This document shows, in pieces, positions 13,022 through 27,450 of a stretch of DNA of 64,000 bases. Positions within the stretch are counted from its first letter, which is position 1. Each line of letters opens with the position of its first letter. The notes under the pieces were generated by a model that saw only the letters and a list, made by a program, of their open reading frames with translations, searched no databases and was not told the origin of the DNA. The DNA is from Monocercomonoides exilis PA203 (lineage: Eukaryota > Protista > Preaxostyla), in the NCBI GenBank assembly GCA_001643675.2, contig LSRY02000020.1, forward strand, positions 310,001 to 374,000, given 5' to 3'. The position numbers and the translations under genes are program-made.

Positions 13022-13983
13022 TAATAAAAGGATTTTCATGTTTTGAGATTTGTTAAAATATCTTTTTCTTTTTTTATTCATATTTTATTTTATTTTATTT
13101 TATTTTATTTTTTTTGATTTGATTTTATTTTTTCATTTCCTTTTTTTCTGGACAGAGTTTTTTTTTTTAAAAAATATTTTTTCCCCCCCTCAGAGTTGAA
13201 TAGCATCTTATCATTATTTTATGAGCTGATTGTCTCAATGGGAAGTATATTTTTCGTTATAAAGTTCTTTGGCCAGACATCATACATTTGGTCAAATTGG
13301 ATTGTTTTTAAAATTTCTTTGTTTTGATGATTGATAATAATTATTTTTCAAAAGCATACTTTCCCATAGATATATTTTAATGCTTTATTGTTCAATTGTT
13401 ATTTTCGAACATATTTTTAGGCTTTTTCCTACCCTTTTGATTACAAATTGTTTATATTTTATGTTGTATCCTTTCGTTTTGTGATATTAATCATAAGAGC
13501 GTGATGTTATCAATTCGAGAAAATACAAACAAAAATCAAATCCTCAACAAAAACATTTTTTTTTTTTTTTTTTTTTCCATTTGTGTTTGAAATTTTTAAA
13601 TTACATTTGCTGAAAGCAACTTCTATTTTCAAAAATATATTTCTTCCCCAAGACTTTCATTTTTAAAATTTCAAAACTTATACAATGGCATTGTGATCAA
13701 CAAGAATAATGGAAAGAGTATTATATCTTGATAGAGACATCAGAAATTATTTAAATAGTTTTTCTGATAAAAATATTGAGCGTGTTGAACGGCTTACGAT
13801 GTTGCATGGAATTCAATCTCTCAAGGAAAAGCATCGCACCCCAATTTCATCAGAAGAGCTGGAGACACTTGTTGGTTTGCAATATTTTGTAAAATTATAT
13901 TTCATTACCAAATTTCATAATTCAAATGTGAATAGCTTCGAAGAAACAGAAAAATGAATTCGGTGCACCAACTGGATTAAAGT

Positions 13984-14530
13984 GGGTGATTTTTTTTTTT
14001 CATTTTTTTTCACAGAAAAAATTACGGTTCGAACATTTCTCTCAAGTATTTTTAAATGGGGCAAAATATTTAACTTCAGACATTTTCATTGACAAATAAT
14101 GTTCCATGGATGAATATTTTTTGCTATCAAAAAATACATTGGAAATGAGAACAACTTTTGAATTATGAGTGAAGTCACAAAACATTTCGTAATTATTGCA
14201 ATGATGTTTGCTTCCGCATTTTTTAAAAAAAATAACAGATTTTGAAATTTGATTAAAATTTATATAATTTTGAGCAAAACAATATTTTTGCGCTTAGTGC
14301 AAAAAAAGCTTGAAAGTCCGAATTTTCCCCTAAATGAACATTGAAAAACAAAAAGGCTAATTTAAAAAAATAATTGTGTATTATTTAGCTGAAACATTTG
14401 TTTTGAAAAACAGTTGTCATCATTTTTCTCTTTTGAATTCAGAATATCTGACAAAAAAAATATAATTAAAAAAACTATCTTTAAAAAAACAACGCACCGA
14501 AAAAACTTATGATTTCAAATATAATCACCC
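13984..14530. mobile_element. MITE family 2 copy (GGGTGAT...ATCACCC, TSD AAGT) containing a nested family-3 MITE
   Basis: AAGT at 13980-13983 and 14531-14534. The subterminal motif ccgaaaaaa.ttatgatttcaaa is shared with other copies. Confidence 0.8.
14058..14331. mobile_element. MITE family 3 copy (TSD AAAT)
   Basis: Ends GGGGCAAAAT...TTTTCCCCT with AAAT on both sides. Homologous to 56233-56500. Confidence 0.75.
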
Positions 14531-14769
14531 AAGTTTGAAATTCTAATATGTTTTCTTTCAAAAAAAATTCTTTTTCTTATCTGTTTTGCTTAATATTCTA
14601 TTTCTCTCTCTCTCGGTCTTTTTAAACGAAGATGAGAAAAGCTTGCTTGGAAGAATTTCACAACTTTTTGTAATCATTCATAAATGAGATTTTCACAATT
14701 TTGATTGAAACAGATTCAATTTATGCTTGAACAGCACCTGTTAAATCGTTTTCTTTTTTTAAATATATG

Positions 14770-15269
14770 CAGTCAAAACCGGATATAATCACATCGGGTT
14801 TGCACGACTTTTTATGATTTCAGTCAAAACCGAATACAATCCAATCGAATACAATCGCATTCGTTAATAGTCACATTTTTCCTTGCACCGACATTTTTGG
14901 CCTTTTTTCATTCATTTCCCATCGCACAAAATCACAAGGCTGAAAATATTTAATCACATTTTTTAGTATAATGGGTGACTTTTTCTATGAAAAATCGATT
15001 TTTTGATCAAAAATTTCAATTTTTCGCGTTTTCAAAAATGTGTTTTGATATGTCTAAATAATGTGTACTTGTTATCAAAATTGTTTTCGAAAATTAAAAA
15101 TGCGTTTTAATGAAGAATTTTCAAAAATAAAAAATTTGACCCAAAATTAATTTTTTCAAAATTTAATTTTTAATTTTTTCTGTGTAAAGCATCATCGTGT
15201 ATAATCACAATCGGATATAGTCACAAAAAGTTGTGCAAAAACCGATGTGATTATATCCGGTTTAGACTG
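14770..15269. mobile_element. pogo/Tigger-type non-autonomous element (CAGT...ACTG)
   Basis: TIR cagtcaaaaccggatataatcacatcgg / ccgatgtgattatatccggtttagactg. TA follows the right end; the left flank is TG. Confidence 0.8.
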
Positions 15270-15489
15270 TAAATCCAAGGAAGGGAACAGCAAATAAATT
15301 GTAATTGCACATTATTCAGCCTTAAATATCCAATTAAAACCATTAATAAATATGTTCAAGCATTTGAATTTTTTCCGAATGATTTTGTGAAAAAACTTTT
15401 TATAATTAAAAAAAACCGATAATTTTTTTTTATTTTGTGGGAAAGATCTCATTTTTTTTATCAACATTTTTTCAAAATAACAACTGTTT

Positions 15490-15826
15490 TCAATGGAAAT
15501 GGAAGATCATGAAATGCAAATACATCATCGAAACAAGATGTTCCACAGCGCTGATGACACATGGAATTAATTTCAAAGGGATGTTTTGGATGCAAAATAC
15601 AAAGAGTGCAGACAATGCAGAAGAGAAATGTCTTTATATAAAAGAAATCCTAACTCAAGACGATGGAGATGCAACAGATGTGACAGAACAATTAGTTTGC
15701 TTTCAGGTTTATTCATTGAAAACCAAAAAGCGAGATTAAACAAATTCATGCAAATTTTGTTATATAAATGGATTAAATTATTAATAACACAAACCTCTCC
15801 TCTTCTTAGAATTCATTGAAATTCTG

Positions 15827-15887
<61 letters not shown>

Positions 15888-16330
15888 GCTGCAGCTTCCA
15901 TGTCCAAAATAGCAGTGAATTCATTTGAACCACTTGGTAGTCTAATTTCATTCATTTATAGAAATTAACGATGTATTTTTGCATAAAACGTAATTTCACA
16001 AATTTCATTTGAAAAAGCAAATTTGGTTGTTTGGAGCAGTTCAAAGAAATGCTGAAGAAAAACAAGGAAAATTTTTCATCGTTCGTATCCCAAACAAGAA
16101 AAAAAAAACCACTAATTCCTTTCATCAAAGCCAATATTTTGCCTGGAACGACAATACATAACGATGAATGGAATGCATATTCCTCTCTAGAAGAGATAGG
16201 GTATGCACATAAAACTGTTTGACATAAGTGTGACTTTCGAGATCCAGAAAGCAAAAATATGATGAATATGATAGAAGGAATTTGGAGTCAGTAACGTTGT
16301 GAAATGCAAAAAAATGGTAGGGCTATAATT
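15490..16330 (+). pseudogene. ISXO2/IS1595-like (Merlin-type) transposase remnant
   Basis: Zn ribbon CRQC...WRCNRC, then ILPGTTIHNDEWNAYSSLEEIGYAHKTV*HK..FRDP...NMIEGIWSQ. Interrupted by poly(T) and stops. Confidence 0.85.
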
Positions 16331-16639
16331 TTTTCTTGACCTTTTTTCTTTATCAAGACCTTTTTCTTTTTTGTCATGCTTTTAGCTTTACACAAGCCTG
16401 CGATAAATAAAAAAATAACCAGAAATGTTTGAAATGTTTTATTTTCCTTATTCTGTATTTTTTTTTCAATATTTCATGTTTTTTCGAAAAGATCGATGAT
16501 AATAATAATTTTATGTTTTGATCATTGACTTGCTGCTATTCCAGCGAATATTTTTTATAAGAAGTTTTCAGCTTTCATATCATAATAAATCGCTCTTTCT
16601 TATAAGTTGAACTTGTTTTAACTTTCTCAACTAGTTTTT

Positions 16640-17580
16640 TTAACAATTTTTCTCATTTCACACATTATTCAAAAAAAACACGATTTCAGAGACATGCATC
16701 CATTTGTTTTGAAATTTAATGAAATGAAATAAAAACAAATTTGAAATGAAATAATATCTCAAAGAAAAAACAACAAAATATTTGTATATGACGAACAATT
16801 TTCAGATCAAATTTTTCATATGTGGCTAATTTTATTTGAAAAGTTCCTTTTGTTCAATTTTCTAATAGAATAAAAATTTCATATTTCGATCAAATTTCTG
16901 TTCCCACTTATGTAACTTTTCTCAAAGTGATATGATAACATTGCAAAGGTTCTGTTTCCATTTCAGTGAAGTTTCGTGAGTGGGAACAGAAAATTGATCG
17001 AAATTTGAAATTTTTATTCTATTAGAAAAGTAAACAAAAGGAACTTTTCAAAAAAAATTAGCCATGTTTTTTCATTTCGCTTCAAATTCTCGTTCAATTT
17101 ATTTTCATTTCAAAATTAAACAAAAGTATACAATAAATGACACTTTATTTTAATTTTTTATGTGCTTAAAAATTTCCACAAATTCATATTTGTTCCGAAA
17201 ATTGTGTTTTAAGCAAAAACAGTGAAATGAGAAAAAAAGGACAAAAATAAAATTGAAAAAGTTAAAAACAAGTAAAAATAATAATATAGGAATGTTGAAT
17301 TGTGATGCTGTGGCTTAAAACGTTCGGTATGAAATATTCGCTTCAAAGCCAGCAAGTCTTTGATCTGGGTCCAAAAATAATAAAAATTATTAATATTTTT
17401 GTGAACATTAAAATTTCAAAAAATTTTTGAACAGAATTCTGTAAAACAAAAATATCAGAAAGTCTATTTATTTTGTTTTTGTTTAAAGCCTTTTCACAAA
17501 TCAAAAAAGCAAAAATAAGTTTCAAAAAAACAGGATTGAGATAAAATTTTGAGGTCAAGATAAAATTATGCACACTATTA
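16640..17580 (+). repeat. Dispersed repeat, homologous to 39700-40400, carrying a MITE-1 insertion
   Basis: Colinear similarity including an identical ccagcaagtctttgatctgggtccaaaaat block. Confidence 0.75.
16824..17063. mobile_element. MITE family 1 copy (GGCTAA...TTAGCC, TSD ATGT)
   Basis: ATGT at 16820-16823 and 17064-17067. The paralogous empty site near 39870 (tcatATGTtcttccatttcg) has a single ATGT. Confidence 0.92.
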
Positions 17581-20031
17581 GAGAAAAATTTATTGACGAT
17601 TTTATATATACTCATTTATTTTTAACAAGACAAGAGAGCAATCATTTGTTGATATAAACCAATAAATTTTTAAAAGAAGAGAAGGAAAATAATGAAGAAG
17701 AAGATGATGAAGAAAACGTTCCTGAAATAGAAACTGAAGATGAAACAACTTTTGATGATTCTTTAAAAGTTAGTGACTGGGCTGATCATTCATTATATGA
17801 GCAAGAATAATCAGAAAATAATTTCTTTCACTCATCTTTATTTATTCACATCATTCGTGTTTTAACAAATCCTTGACAACAAAACTATTTTTTTTGAATG
17901 GGCTGATAGGATATTGATTTTTTTATATTCGAAATATTCATGTTTCAACAATAAAACAGAAAATGTTTATTACTTGAGAACAACGTGACATATTATCCTA
18001 AACATAATATTACATAATCTTTAAAATTCAAATATTGTGTTATAATCAAATTTTTTCACACTTCAATAATACTCGATTCATAATTGTTTAATAATAAATT
18101 ATAATAATGAGTATTTATTTTTGAAAACATAACATTATCACATTCGTTGATTATTACGTTAATTCGTTGTGAAAGAAAATGCATTTTTCATTGAAATGAG
18201 AAATGCATATCATTTGAATCAAAAACCTATGTTTGAAGAAAATGAAAGATAAAGATGATTTTTTGCGTAGTAAAAATAATTCTGCGTTCATTAACAAATA
18301 TTCAAAACAAATGTACTTTATTAAACTTTAAGTTTTTTTTATATATGATTTCAAAAAAAGTTTCTTGAATTTTTAGGAATAGAATACATAATTCCAGGTT
18401 AAAGAAATTCACAATAATGAAAAATTATTTGTGCTTTGACTATTTGGAATTTCCAATCACTAAAACTTAAATAATGAATCTTTCAATGATGAATTAAAAA
18501 TTTATTGTGATCTCATTCTGTATTTGGAAAAGAATTTAAACAAAAAGTTTTTTTATCATTTTTATCTCTTTATTTTTTAGCTTTTTTTATTTCATTTTTT
18601 GCTTTTTTCAATTTTAAAAAATATTACGAAGTTTTGTTTTTCGTCTTAAATCATAGAATTGCAGCTGATCAAAAGTTATTTTTTATTCATCTGGCTGAAT
18701 TATCCGGAGTTGAAACTGGACGACAAATGACATTTCCATTTCATCGTTGAATACAAGCGTTTGTTAAGTGCAAACCACAATTTTCTGTCAAAATGTTTAA
18801 TAGTCTGGAATATACTTGCAATTTTTAATCAGGACAAATCTGAACATAAAGAAATTAAAACAATGATCATTAACAAATTTGAAAAGGTTACTTTTTGTTG
18901 AATTTACAGTTTCTTGGTAATTTTTAAAAAAGAATTTTCCTTGTGACAAGAATTTTTGAAAGAGATTTAATAAGTTGTGAATTCTATTCAGTTCCTATTC
19001 TTTATCATGACGTTGTTAAATGAATTTTATAAAACTGATGAATTACACAAAAGATTCAAATTTATTTACTAATTTATTTTTATTTTTTTTGACAAAGGAA
19101 CGACAGTGCGATATATTTTTAATTGATATAGCCTGAAGAATTCGATTGGATATTCTTCAGAAGATAAGAGTTTTGAAAATTCAACCCTTGTCACACATTT
19201 ATAAAATATTTTTCTTTTTCGAAAAAAAAATTCAATTGTTTTATCAAGGTGGTCAATAATAAAGCGATTATAATGAAATGTTTCATTTTTCAAATAAAAT
19301 AGATAAACTGCTTTTCAATCTTATTTCATAATTTCTCAGAAAGTCAATTATGCATTGATAAGCAATTTTATACCAGTCATTGAAGTGCTGGCCAACACTA
19401 TTTCTTCACATGATAACTTACCAATTTTCGTTTTTGTCAAATGTCAACTGAGCATTATTTTTTGTTAGGTTAATAATAATTTTTTGAAAAATTTTCATTG
19501 AATTGAAGTTAAGAAATGATAGAAGTGTTTTTGCGATGATTTAAATGAATTCAATACGTGTTTTCAAAGGGCTGTTCTGTGAAACAAAGACTTGGAAAGG
19601 ACTTAAGAAATGAAAGCGTTTGAGAAAGCAAATAAAGAATTCTCAGACGAATCAAGAAGATATGAAATAAATGAGTTATTCGTAAGTTATTTGGAGAACT
19701 GGATACCAATTGAGTTTTATTCGATATTGTTTATTTGAGAATAGACGAAAATAATTGGAAAGAATTCATATCTTGTTTGTTTCTCAATGATTGTTTGGAT
19801 ATTGTTGTGCGGAAGTTATACATCTGAATAGTATCAACAAATCAAATCATTTGCTTGATAAAAAGATAACTCATTGAGGCATCTTTGATGTTTAAACAAA
19901 CAGAAGAATTAACCATATTTAGGTATTCTGTGTGAAAAAGCACAGAAGTTAGTGAACAATTGTGAGCTCCTTCCACATTTTTTGTCGAAAACTTCATTTG
20001 ACAGTTCTTCTTGAAAAAGAAAACATCATTT

Positions 20032-20286
20032 GTGTGATTATTTTTGAAATCATATTTTTTCTTTCAAAATTTTCGGTTTGAATTTTTATTATGAATATTT
20101 ATAAATGAACACTGAAAAGTGAACGAGCTATTTTGTGATGCCTTTTCAATTTTTTCTAGTCAACCTTCAGCTTTTGAAACGATAAATAAATATTTAAAAT
20201 TTGAATGACAATTATTCAGTGAATGACAATGTTTTTTCATGTAATCAACACGCCGAAAAAAGTTATGATTTCAAAAATAATCACCC
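20032..20286. mobile_element. MITE family 2 copy (255 bp, TSD ATTT)
   Basis: gtgtgattatttttgaaatcat...atgatttcaaaaataatcaccc with ATTT on both sides. Confidence 0.85.
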
Positions 20287-22442
20287 ATTTTCAATATGAG
20301 AATTCTTGCTTTGTTCTGGAATCATTTTTCAAACAAAATGGTAAATAAAATTTAAGTAATAAAATGACATTCAAAAACAAAATATAATTTCTTATTCGAT
20401 GACAGTTTGAGCTTTTCACTAACACATTAATTTAATTTGAATGACATATTGCATTAACCCCAAAAAATGGTTGAATAAAATCTCTTCCATAAAACCGAAT
20501 AAATGATGTTCATTCCATTGCTCCATTTGTTTCTGAAACTCAACAGCAACTAATCATTGAATATTCTGTATTTGCATTCATCAAATTTTTCGATTCAGGT
20601 GTAGCACTGATTAAATCACTTATTATATTAGAATATGTGAGTCAAAATTCTTTTTGATCTTTCCTTCAGATTGAGCCTTTTTTTCAATTCTGTGCCAAAT
20701 GATTCTGTTCACAAACAGCTGTTGAATGAATAAGTGAATAAAATATTTATTATTTTTTTGCGAACAATCAATTATTAAACTCAAATTTGAATGAAACGGA
20801 GAATTTTTTTTTCTTTTTTTTAATTCTATCACGACGAGAAACAACGATTCGAAAAATTTAAGTATCAGAGGAAAAATGACACGTGTTGCAATTATTGCGA
20901 AACAAAAATTTGTACAGAATCTCTTTCAAAAAATTATTGTTTTCACATTGATTCAATTGATGATTATTGAAAGTGTTATAAGATCCATTGCCTGTTTTAT
21001 CGATTCAAATATCTGGCTGGTCATCAGATTCATTATAATAATCAATGCCCATTCTGATATTATCATCACACAGATATGATAAATCTCTTTTTAATTCATG
21101 ATGATTTTCAATACAACAAAGCAAATAGATGAAAGGTGTTTGAGAGAAAGTTCCCACAATTTCATTCTGATACTCAATACGGAAGAACTCATTTTGAACT
21201 TCCATTTCAATCACTTATATGCATGGAAAATTCTTAATGTTCCTTTTTAATAATTCATCGCTTGTATTTTCATCAAATATAAAACAATATTTCACAGGAT
21301 CATAATCCTCTTCCATATTTGAATCACAACTGATTATTCAAAAATCATCATCAAAAGAAAAAAGATGATTTTTCTTTGTTGAAGAAGATGGAAATTGTCT
21401 TTTATTTTTTCAATTTCGAAATTGTTCCAAAAAAAAATAAAGAGGCAGACTTTTTTTCGAACAAGATATTCGAAAGATATTCTCAATTATTCAGTCGAAT
21501 TTTCCAATAAAATTTTATTAAATATCGCTTCATCTTCCATAAATTATTCTGAACATATATTTGAAATTTTGAAAAAATAACAGAAAAAACGATAAACTTT
21601 TTAAAAAAAAGGAAACTTTTTTTTGAATGTGGGATAGGAGGTTTCAATGGTGATGAAATTTTAAAGGAGAGATTGTAACTGTTTAACTTGGCATGGTTGT
21701 CGTATCCTGCAGAACAGCAAAATCCAAGTTGCTGCAAATGGGAAAGTAAGTATTTGTGGCAGACGCTCTTCCATAATGCGACTTTTGTGTGATTGTTTTC
21801 TTCGCGATTATATATACTTGCAATCCTCATCAGAAAAAATGTATTTGTATCTATAAAAGACAAGTTCAGATGTTTGTAATTAATGACGAAATAATATTAA
21901 TTTTATTCAAACCTTTGAAAATCTTTTGAATCCTTGTTGAAATTGTTTTCCCTTTGTTTGTGTGCAACAGCATAAATACTTGCAACTCAAACACTTGGAA
22001 AGAGGGATTTTTATCAATGTCTTGCCAAACAGCAGAACCGTTTTTGCTTTCACTTGAACAAGTTAAATAAGTAACCTGCATTTCTTCATTCAACAAGAAA
22101 AACAAATATTTTTGTTCTCAAAGTGAACAACAGCAAAGAATATATTCTCGTATGGAATAATAATTGGTGTTTGTTGGAGGATCAATTCGAATTGGAATAA
22201 ATATATATGCATCAGAAAAAAGGTGTTTGGTTTTGTCGGAATTTTTTTTCGGAGATGAATTCACAAAAACAATTTCCTGATTTGTTAAATATGCTAAATA
22301 CATTTTCAAAACAAGAAACGGGTGATTATTATTGAGATTATCACTTTTTTTAGTAGTGTTGACAATTTTGAATAATTTATTAAATAGAAAATGCATGGAA
22401 AATTATTTTTTCGAATCTTCGTTTTGTGAAATTTTTAAATAT

Positions 22443-22681
22443 GTCAAAATTTTTTTGAAAAGTTCCATTTGTTTAATATTCAAAAAATATAAAATTTCAA
22501 ATTTCTATCAAATTTCAGTTATCACTCACCTAATTTTACTGTCATTGAAACAAAATCTTGACAATGTTATTATTTCCATTTTTGTGAAGTTTCATGAGAG
22601 AGAACATAAAATTGATTGAAATATGAAATTTTTATTTTCTTTGAAAATTAAACAAATGGTACTTTTTAAAAAAATTTTGAC
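22443..22681. mobile_element. MITE family 1 copy nested in an older family-1 copy (~22397-22881)
   Basis: GTCAAAA...TTTTGAC with flanks ATAT/TTAT. The remaining arms of the older copy lie on both sides. Confidence 0.75.
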
Positions 22682-24419
22682 TTATTATGAAAAATTTCAT
22701 GTTTTAATCCATTTTCTGTTCCCACTCACGCAACTTCACCATAATGGAAATTATTACATTGATCGGGTTTTGTTTCCATGACAGCTAAATTAAGTGGGTG
22801 GGAACAATAAATTGATGAAGATATGAAATTTTTGTTTTATTTAAAAATAACACAAAAGAAGGTTTTTAAAAAATTATTGATGTATTTTTTATTGAATTGT
22901 TATTTTCATCTCTTTTGTCTCAAAAGAAAATATTTGACGTGAAAGAAATTCGGAGATGTTTTTTATTGAGCTTCACCTTTTCTGTGTTCACAAACAAGTA
23001 TTCGAAACAAATATACAAATAAAATTTTTTTTCGAAATCGAAAAACTAACAAAAAAAATTGAAATTTTAAATAATAAAAAACATTCGTTTTATGAAGAAA
23101 ATTCTGGTGAAGAAAAATTTCGTTCTTTTATAAAGGAAAATCTCACCACAATATTTGAGAATATGTTTTCTGCGAATTTAGAGATTCTCGAACCAAAAAT
23201 GAACTCAATAATCAACTCGAAACAAGATTTTTAATTTTTGTTTCATTTTAAAAGAAATAGGTTTTTTGTATAAAAAAACACGACATAATGGAGCCTATTC
23301 TGTATTCATCATTCTATGAAAAATTGGTTAAAAAAATAAAAATTATATTTGGAGAATTTTCTGTTAAGAAGTGTGCTTTCAATTGAAATGAGACAAAGAT
23401 ATGTTGAAATTCCTCTCATATTTTTTTAATTTGTAATTGGACAAAAAGAAGCACAAAAATATGTCGGAAAAAATGAAATATTATCAAGATAACAAATATT
23501 ATCGATATTTCGATAAAAAAAAGAGTTTTTTGATTTTTATTGATTTTTGTCAACTTTTTGTAAATTTCAAGTTTTTCGAATAAAAGACTTCGCTTTAGAA
23601 ATTTTTGATTTTGTTTGCGACTTCATCGACTTTGAATAAAAATTTTCGATTTTGATTGAAACTTATTCGATATTGAAATATTTTTGGTTTATCTTCTCAT
23701 TCACTGAAAAAAACATTATTAATTAGAAACAATGTGATATTCATAAAAGATAAACAACACATGAAATATCAAAATATTTTTATCGAAAAATCAAAAAAAC
23801 AGTGGAACTATTTCCTTCTCCTGATTCAGATGCATTTTTCCATTTTCTTCTTCATTTCCAATGAAAATTCTTTTTTCATTTATAACCTTTTTTTTTATCA
23901 TATCTTCATAAATTTTTTTAACATTTACGATAAATTTTTTTGGGCGAGCTTTTTTTTTTTTTTTAAAATATATATTGAATTTGCAATTTCAATGAACTTT
24001 GCATCAAAAACAATGCAATCCGATCAGAAAGTCATTTTTCTTTCTTTTTAGACAGAGAAAAAACTTGCTGCAATACTTCTATAACCTTTTTTGATAGTGT
24101 ACATTCTTTTATTGTTCATTTTGTAAAAGTACTCTGACTTGTGGCTAACTGTTTCTTAAAAACAACAAAATAAACTCAAATGTTATTGTGCTTTCCTTTC
24201 AACAAACAAGATTAGTGTCTTTCTTATCAAGCGAACCAGTATTATTTGAATAAATGTAACTGAAAAATGTTGCAATATTTGAGTTTTCTAAACTTATAAA
24301 AAACTTATTGTTTGTATTTAAAGCATGAATAAATAATCTTTAACAATTTAATAATCATCTTCAATTTGCGTTGATGAAAAGCGAAAAATGAAAAAGTTAT
24401 TATTATTGTTCATTATTTG

Positions 24420-25420
24420 AAGTTTTTTCTTCTTCGATTTCAAACCCAGATGATTCTTCCTCAGTTTCTGAAATGCAAGTTATGTTTTCAATTTGAGGTA
24501 CTTGAGAATCTTCATCTTCAGTATCTTCTTCCTCAAGACTTTCTGTTGACTTTTTCACCACATTATTGTTTACGATTGTGGGTAAAATAACATGGAATTT
24601 TTATCTCAAAGAAGTTTTTGCAAGAAACATTTCCAACTGATCTGCTATCTATGATTATCTCACTCTATTCTGGGGAATGATCTGCGCAATGTTCCCCATA
24701 AGCCCTCTATCATATTGGTGCATGCACCCGTAACAGGATCAACAAAATTTTTTATTTAGCAAACAGTTTTGTGAGTGTAATCGAATTGATCTAAAGTGAA
24801 ACATTGTTATTACTCGTTATTCTTAATTATTGTGTGGAGCAAAATTGTCACCTAAATGATGAAAAATAGAGTTTCCCTCTTTCAGATAGGGACAATTTTA
24901 ACTTTACGAGTGCTAGCTCCCCTTCTCTCCAACTTCACAAAACCACCAAATATCCAAATTTGTTCCTTTCTTCTTCCCCTATCATATTTTCTTCTCCTCC
25001 ACTCAGCCTCATCAATTTCAACCACTTTCTCTATTTCTCCTACTGTATTTTGATGTGAATTCCAAATTCACATGAAGGAAACTGACGATGCTGCACCAAA
25101 ACCCAATAGTTTTCCTATCCATTCCCAGAATCTTAAAAATGAACTATATATTTGCACCTTCCCAATGTCACATTATGATTCCTTTTGAGATCAACAATCC
25201 AAATTTTTTCCCAGAGAGAACTTTTTCAATATATACAGGTTTTTTCCGATTGTGTTTTTGACTGAATAAACATCTGTGGACTTTTCACCTTTTTGAACAA
25301 CCATTTTTTTTCTGCAACGAAGGCAAAATTTCTATTTGTTTTACAAAATAATATTGCAAAACCGCCTTCACTCTAATTCTTCTTCTGTGAAAATAATATC
25401 TTGCTGCAGAGGTTTCGTTA
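24420..25420 (-). pseudogene. ISXO2/Merlin-type transposase remnant with acidic tail
   Basis: Minus-strand motifs EIDEAECRRRKYDRGRRKEQIWIFGG and THKTV..KNFVDPVTGACTNMIE, with many stops. Confidence 0.8.
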
Positions 25421-25999
25421 ACTGAAGATCCGGCTTTGCCATTTCTTTTTATCAATTTATGAAAAAAAACCCACATGAACTTGAAATTGACTTTTTTTTT
25501 TTTAAAAAAATTATGAACATTTTTCTAATGAATTTCAAGTGATTTTTTCACATGAATAATGATAATTAATAATCATATAAAGTTCTAATAAATAAGTTTT
25601 ATTTTAGTTGAAAAACATTCATATCTGGCCCATTCTCCAATATTGTCCTGAAAAAATATTTGTATCTCTTTTCATCATTATCCGACTTAATGAAGTCTTG
25701 TTCATTGCTGTTTTTTTTTCTTTATTTTTATATTTTCTCAATAAAAAAATGTGTTTTTGATTTTTTGACATTTGTGATGAAGAAATGTTGCTGGAGGAAA
25801 ATTCGGATTCAGAACAATCTTATTCTGATAGACTTTCATCCGAACTGCTCAACAAATGTTTAAGAGCATGGACTCTTTTATGTTTCAATTTGGGAAATAG
25901 CTGCACACCTAAAATGTGATCTTCTCCTTCATGAAAATCACAATGCTCGGTTTATTTTTGTGAGAAATGAACTTCCCAAATTTCCACAATCTGTTTCTT

Positions 26000-27450
26000 A
26001 GATTGCTTGGTCGTTTAAAGTGAATCTTTTGAAGAAACAAACTTTGGAATTAGCTTTGAATTTTCTGACTTTCCTAAGTTGTGAAATCAATAAATATCAA
26101 AAACTTTGTTTTTTTTTGAAACTGATTTTTTTTATTTTTTCATTCAACTCCCAACCTGTAAGAAACTCAGGAGTTGTTATCCATTTTCCAGACATAAGCC
26201 AAAGGCTTGCGTTTCTTGCTTGATTCACTTCCTTCGGAAGTGAATCAAGAGTTTGATCCAGCACATGCCCAATTGAGGATGAAGTAATGCCAGCCTCGAA
26301 AAAACCATGTCCATTTGTTTTCAATGCCAACGTACAACAAACACAATCTGCAATTGCTCTCACGAAAGGTATGAATTCATTTTTCATTTTTTTATTGAAT
26401 GCTCATTTTTAACTTTTTTGAGTTGGCTTTTCAGTACTGCGTTTGGTCCGAGGTCCAAGGGTTGCAAAATGTGCGACGTATGCTCGGGAATAACAACCAC
26501 ATCCACATTTTCAGATGCAAATTGCTGCCAAAGTTGAAGATTCTGCCTTGATGAATGACCTTCCAAGATGATAAGAGCAGCTGGAATGGATTCTGTCTCC
26601 TCATCGCGGTTTGACGAATAACTGTTATTTTTATTGGACTCTTTTTGTTGAAGCTTTCCGTTTCGGTTTCTTCTTTCAACAACCAATTGAATTCATTGCA
26701 ATTATCTTCATTCATCAATAGGCAAGAAGAACAAGAAGCATCTTCTGGGAAAGAAGATACGAAATCTTCACATAATTCAAAGTTTGTCCCTCAATATGTG
26801 TTTGTTTTTCAGTGGAAAGCAAAGCATGTTGAAGAGGAGAGTTCAAGGATTCCGAAGTGACTTGATGAAGTTGAAATGATTCTCTTTGCATCGAAATTTC
26901 ATTTTATGCTTCTTTTGAATTTGCTTATACCGAAATTGGATCGTCATCATCAGAAGAGATGGTTGCCATTTTCGATATTTCTGAAATATGTGAATCCGAT
27001 AAGTATTCGCGATCATCCGAGTGATTTTTCACACGTGAAAAAATTTGCGATGATTCTGAAATTGCATTTTCTTCATTTTGTATCTCTTCATGGCTTTGCA
27101 TTTTCATTATTGATTGAAATGATTGACTGCTCTCTGTTTTTCCTTTTTTGATTTTCTTTTTCATCTTTTCTTGAAAATATAGTTTTGTTCGAATCACATT
27201 TTGTCGTTGCTTTTGAATATTTGGAAGCACATTTTTCATTATTATTTCTTCAAAAAATTTTTTTGTCATCCATCCTTTATTTGATGAATGTAATATGATA
27301 TTTTCAACACTCCACTGTTCTTTAATTTCTTTTTCAAATTTGTTGGGTAATTGAAGATGTGTAGGAAGATGACATCCATCTGTTCTTTCAAAAAAAATGG
27401 GAGTGATGTGATGAAGCGGAGGAATTGCCAATGAATAAACCAATGAATAT
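26000..27450 (-). pseudogene. pogo/Tigger-like (DDE_1) transposase remnant
   Basis: SSNKGWMTKKFFEEII, LIILEGHSSR and VIPEHTSHILQPLDLGPN motifs. Frameshifted, with the catalytic D apparently replaced by E (LEGH). Confidence 0.8.

Noticed and set aside
17305-17376. tRNA or SINE in the conserved block shared with 40125-40197
   Set aside because: No cloverleaf or B-box. It is more likely a decayed transposase segment.
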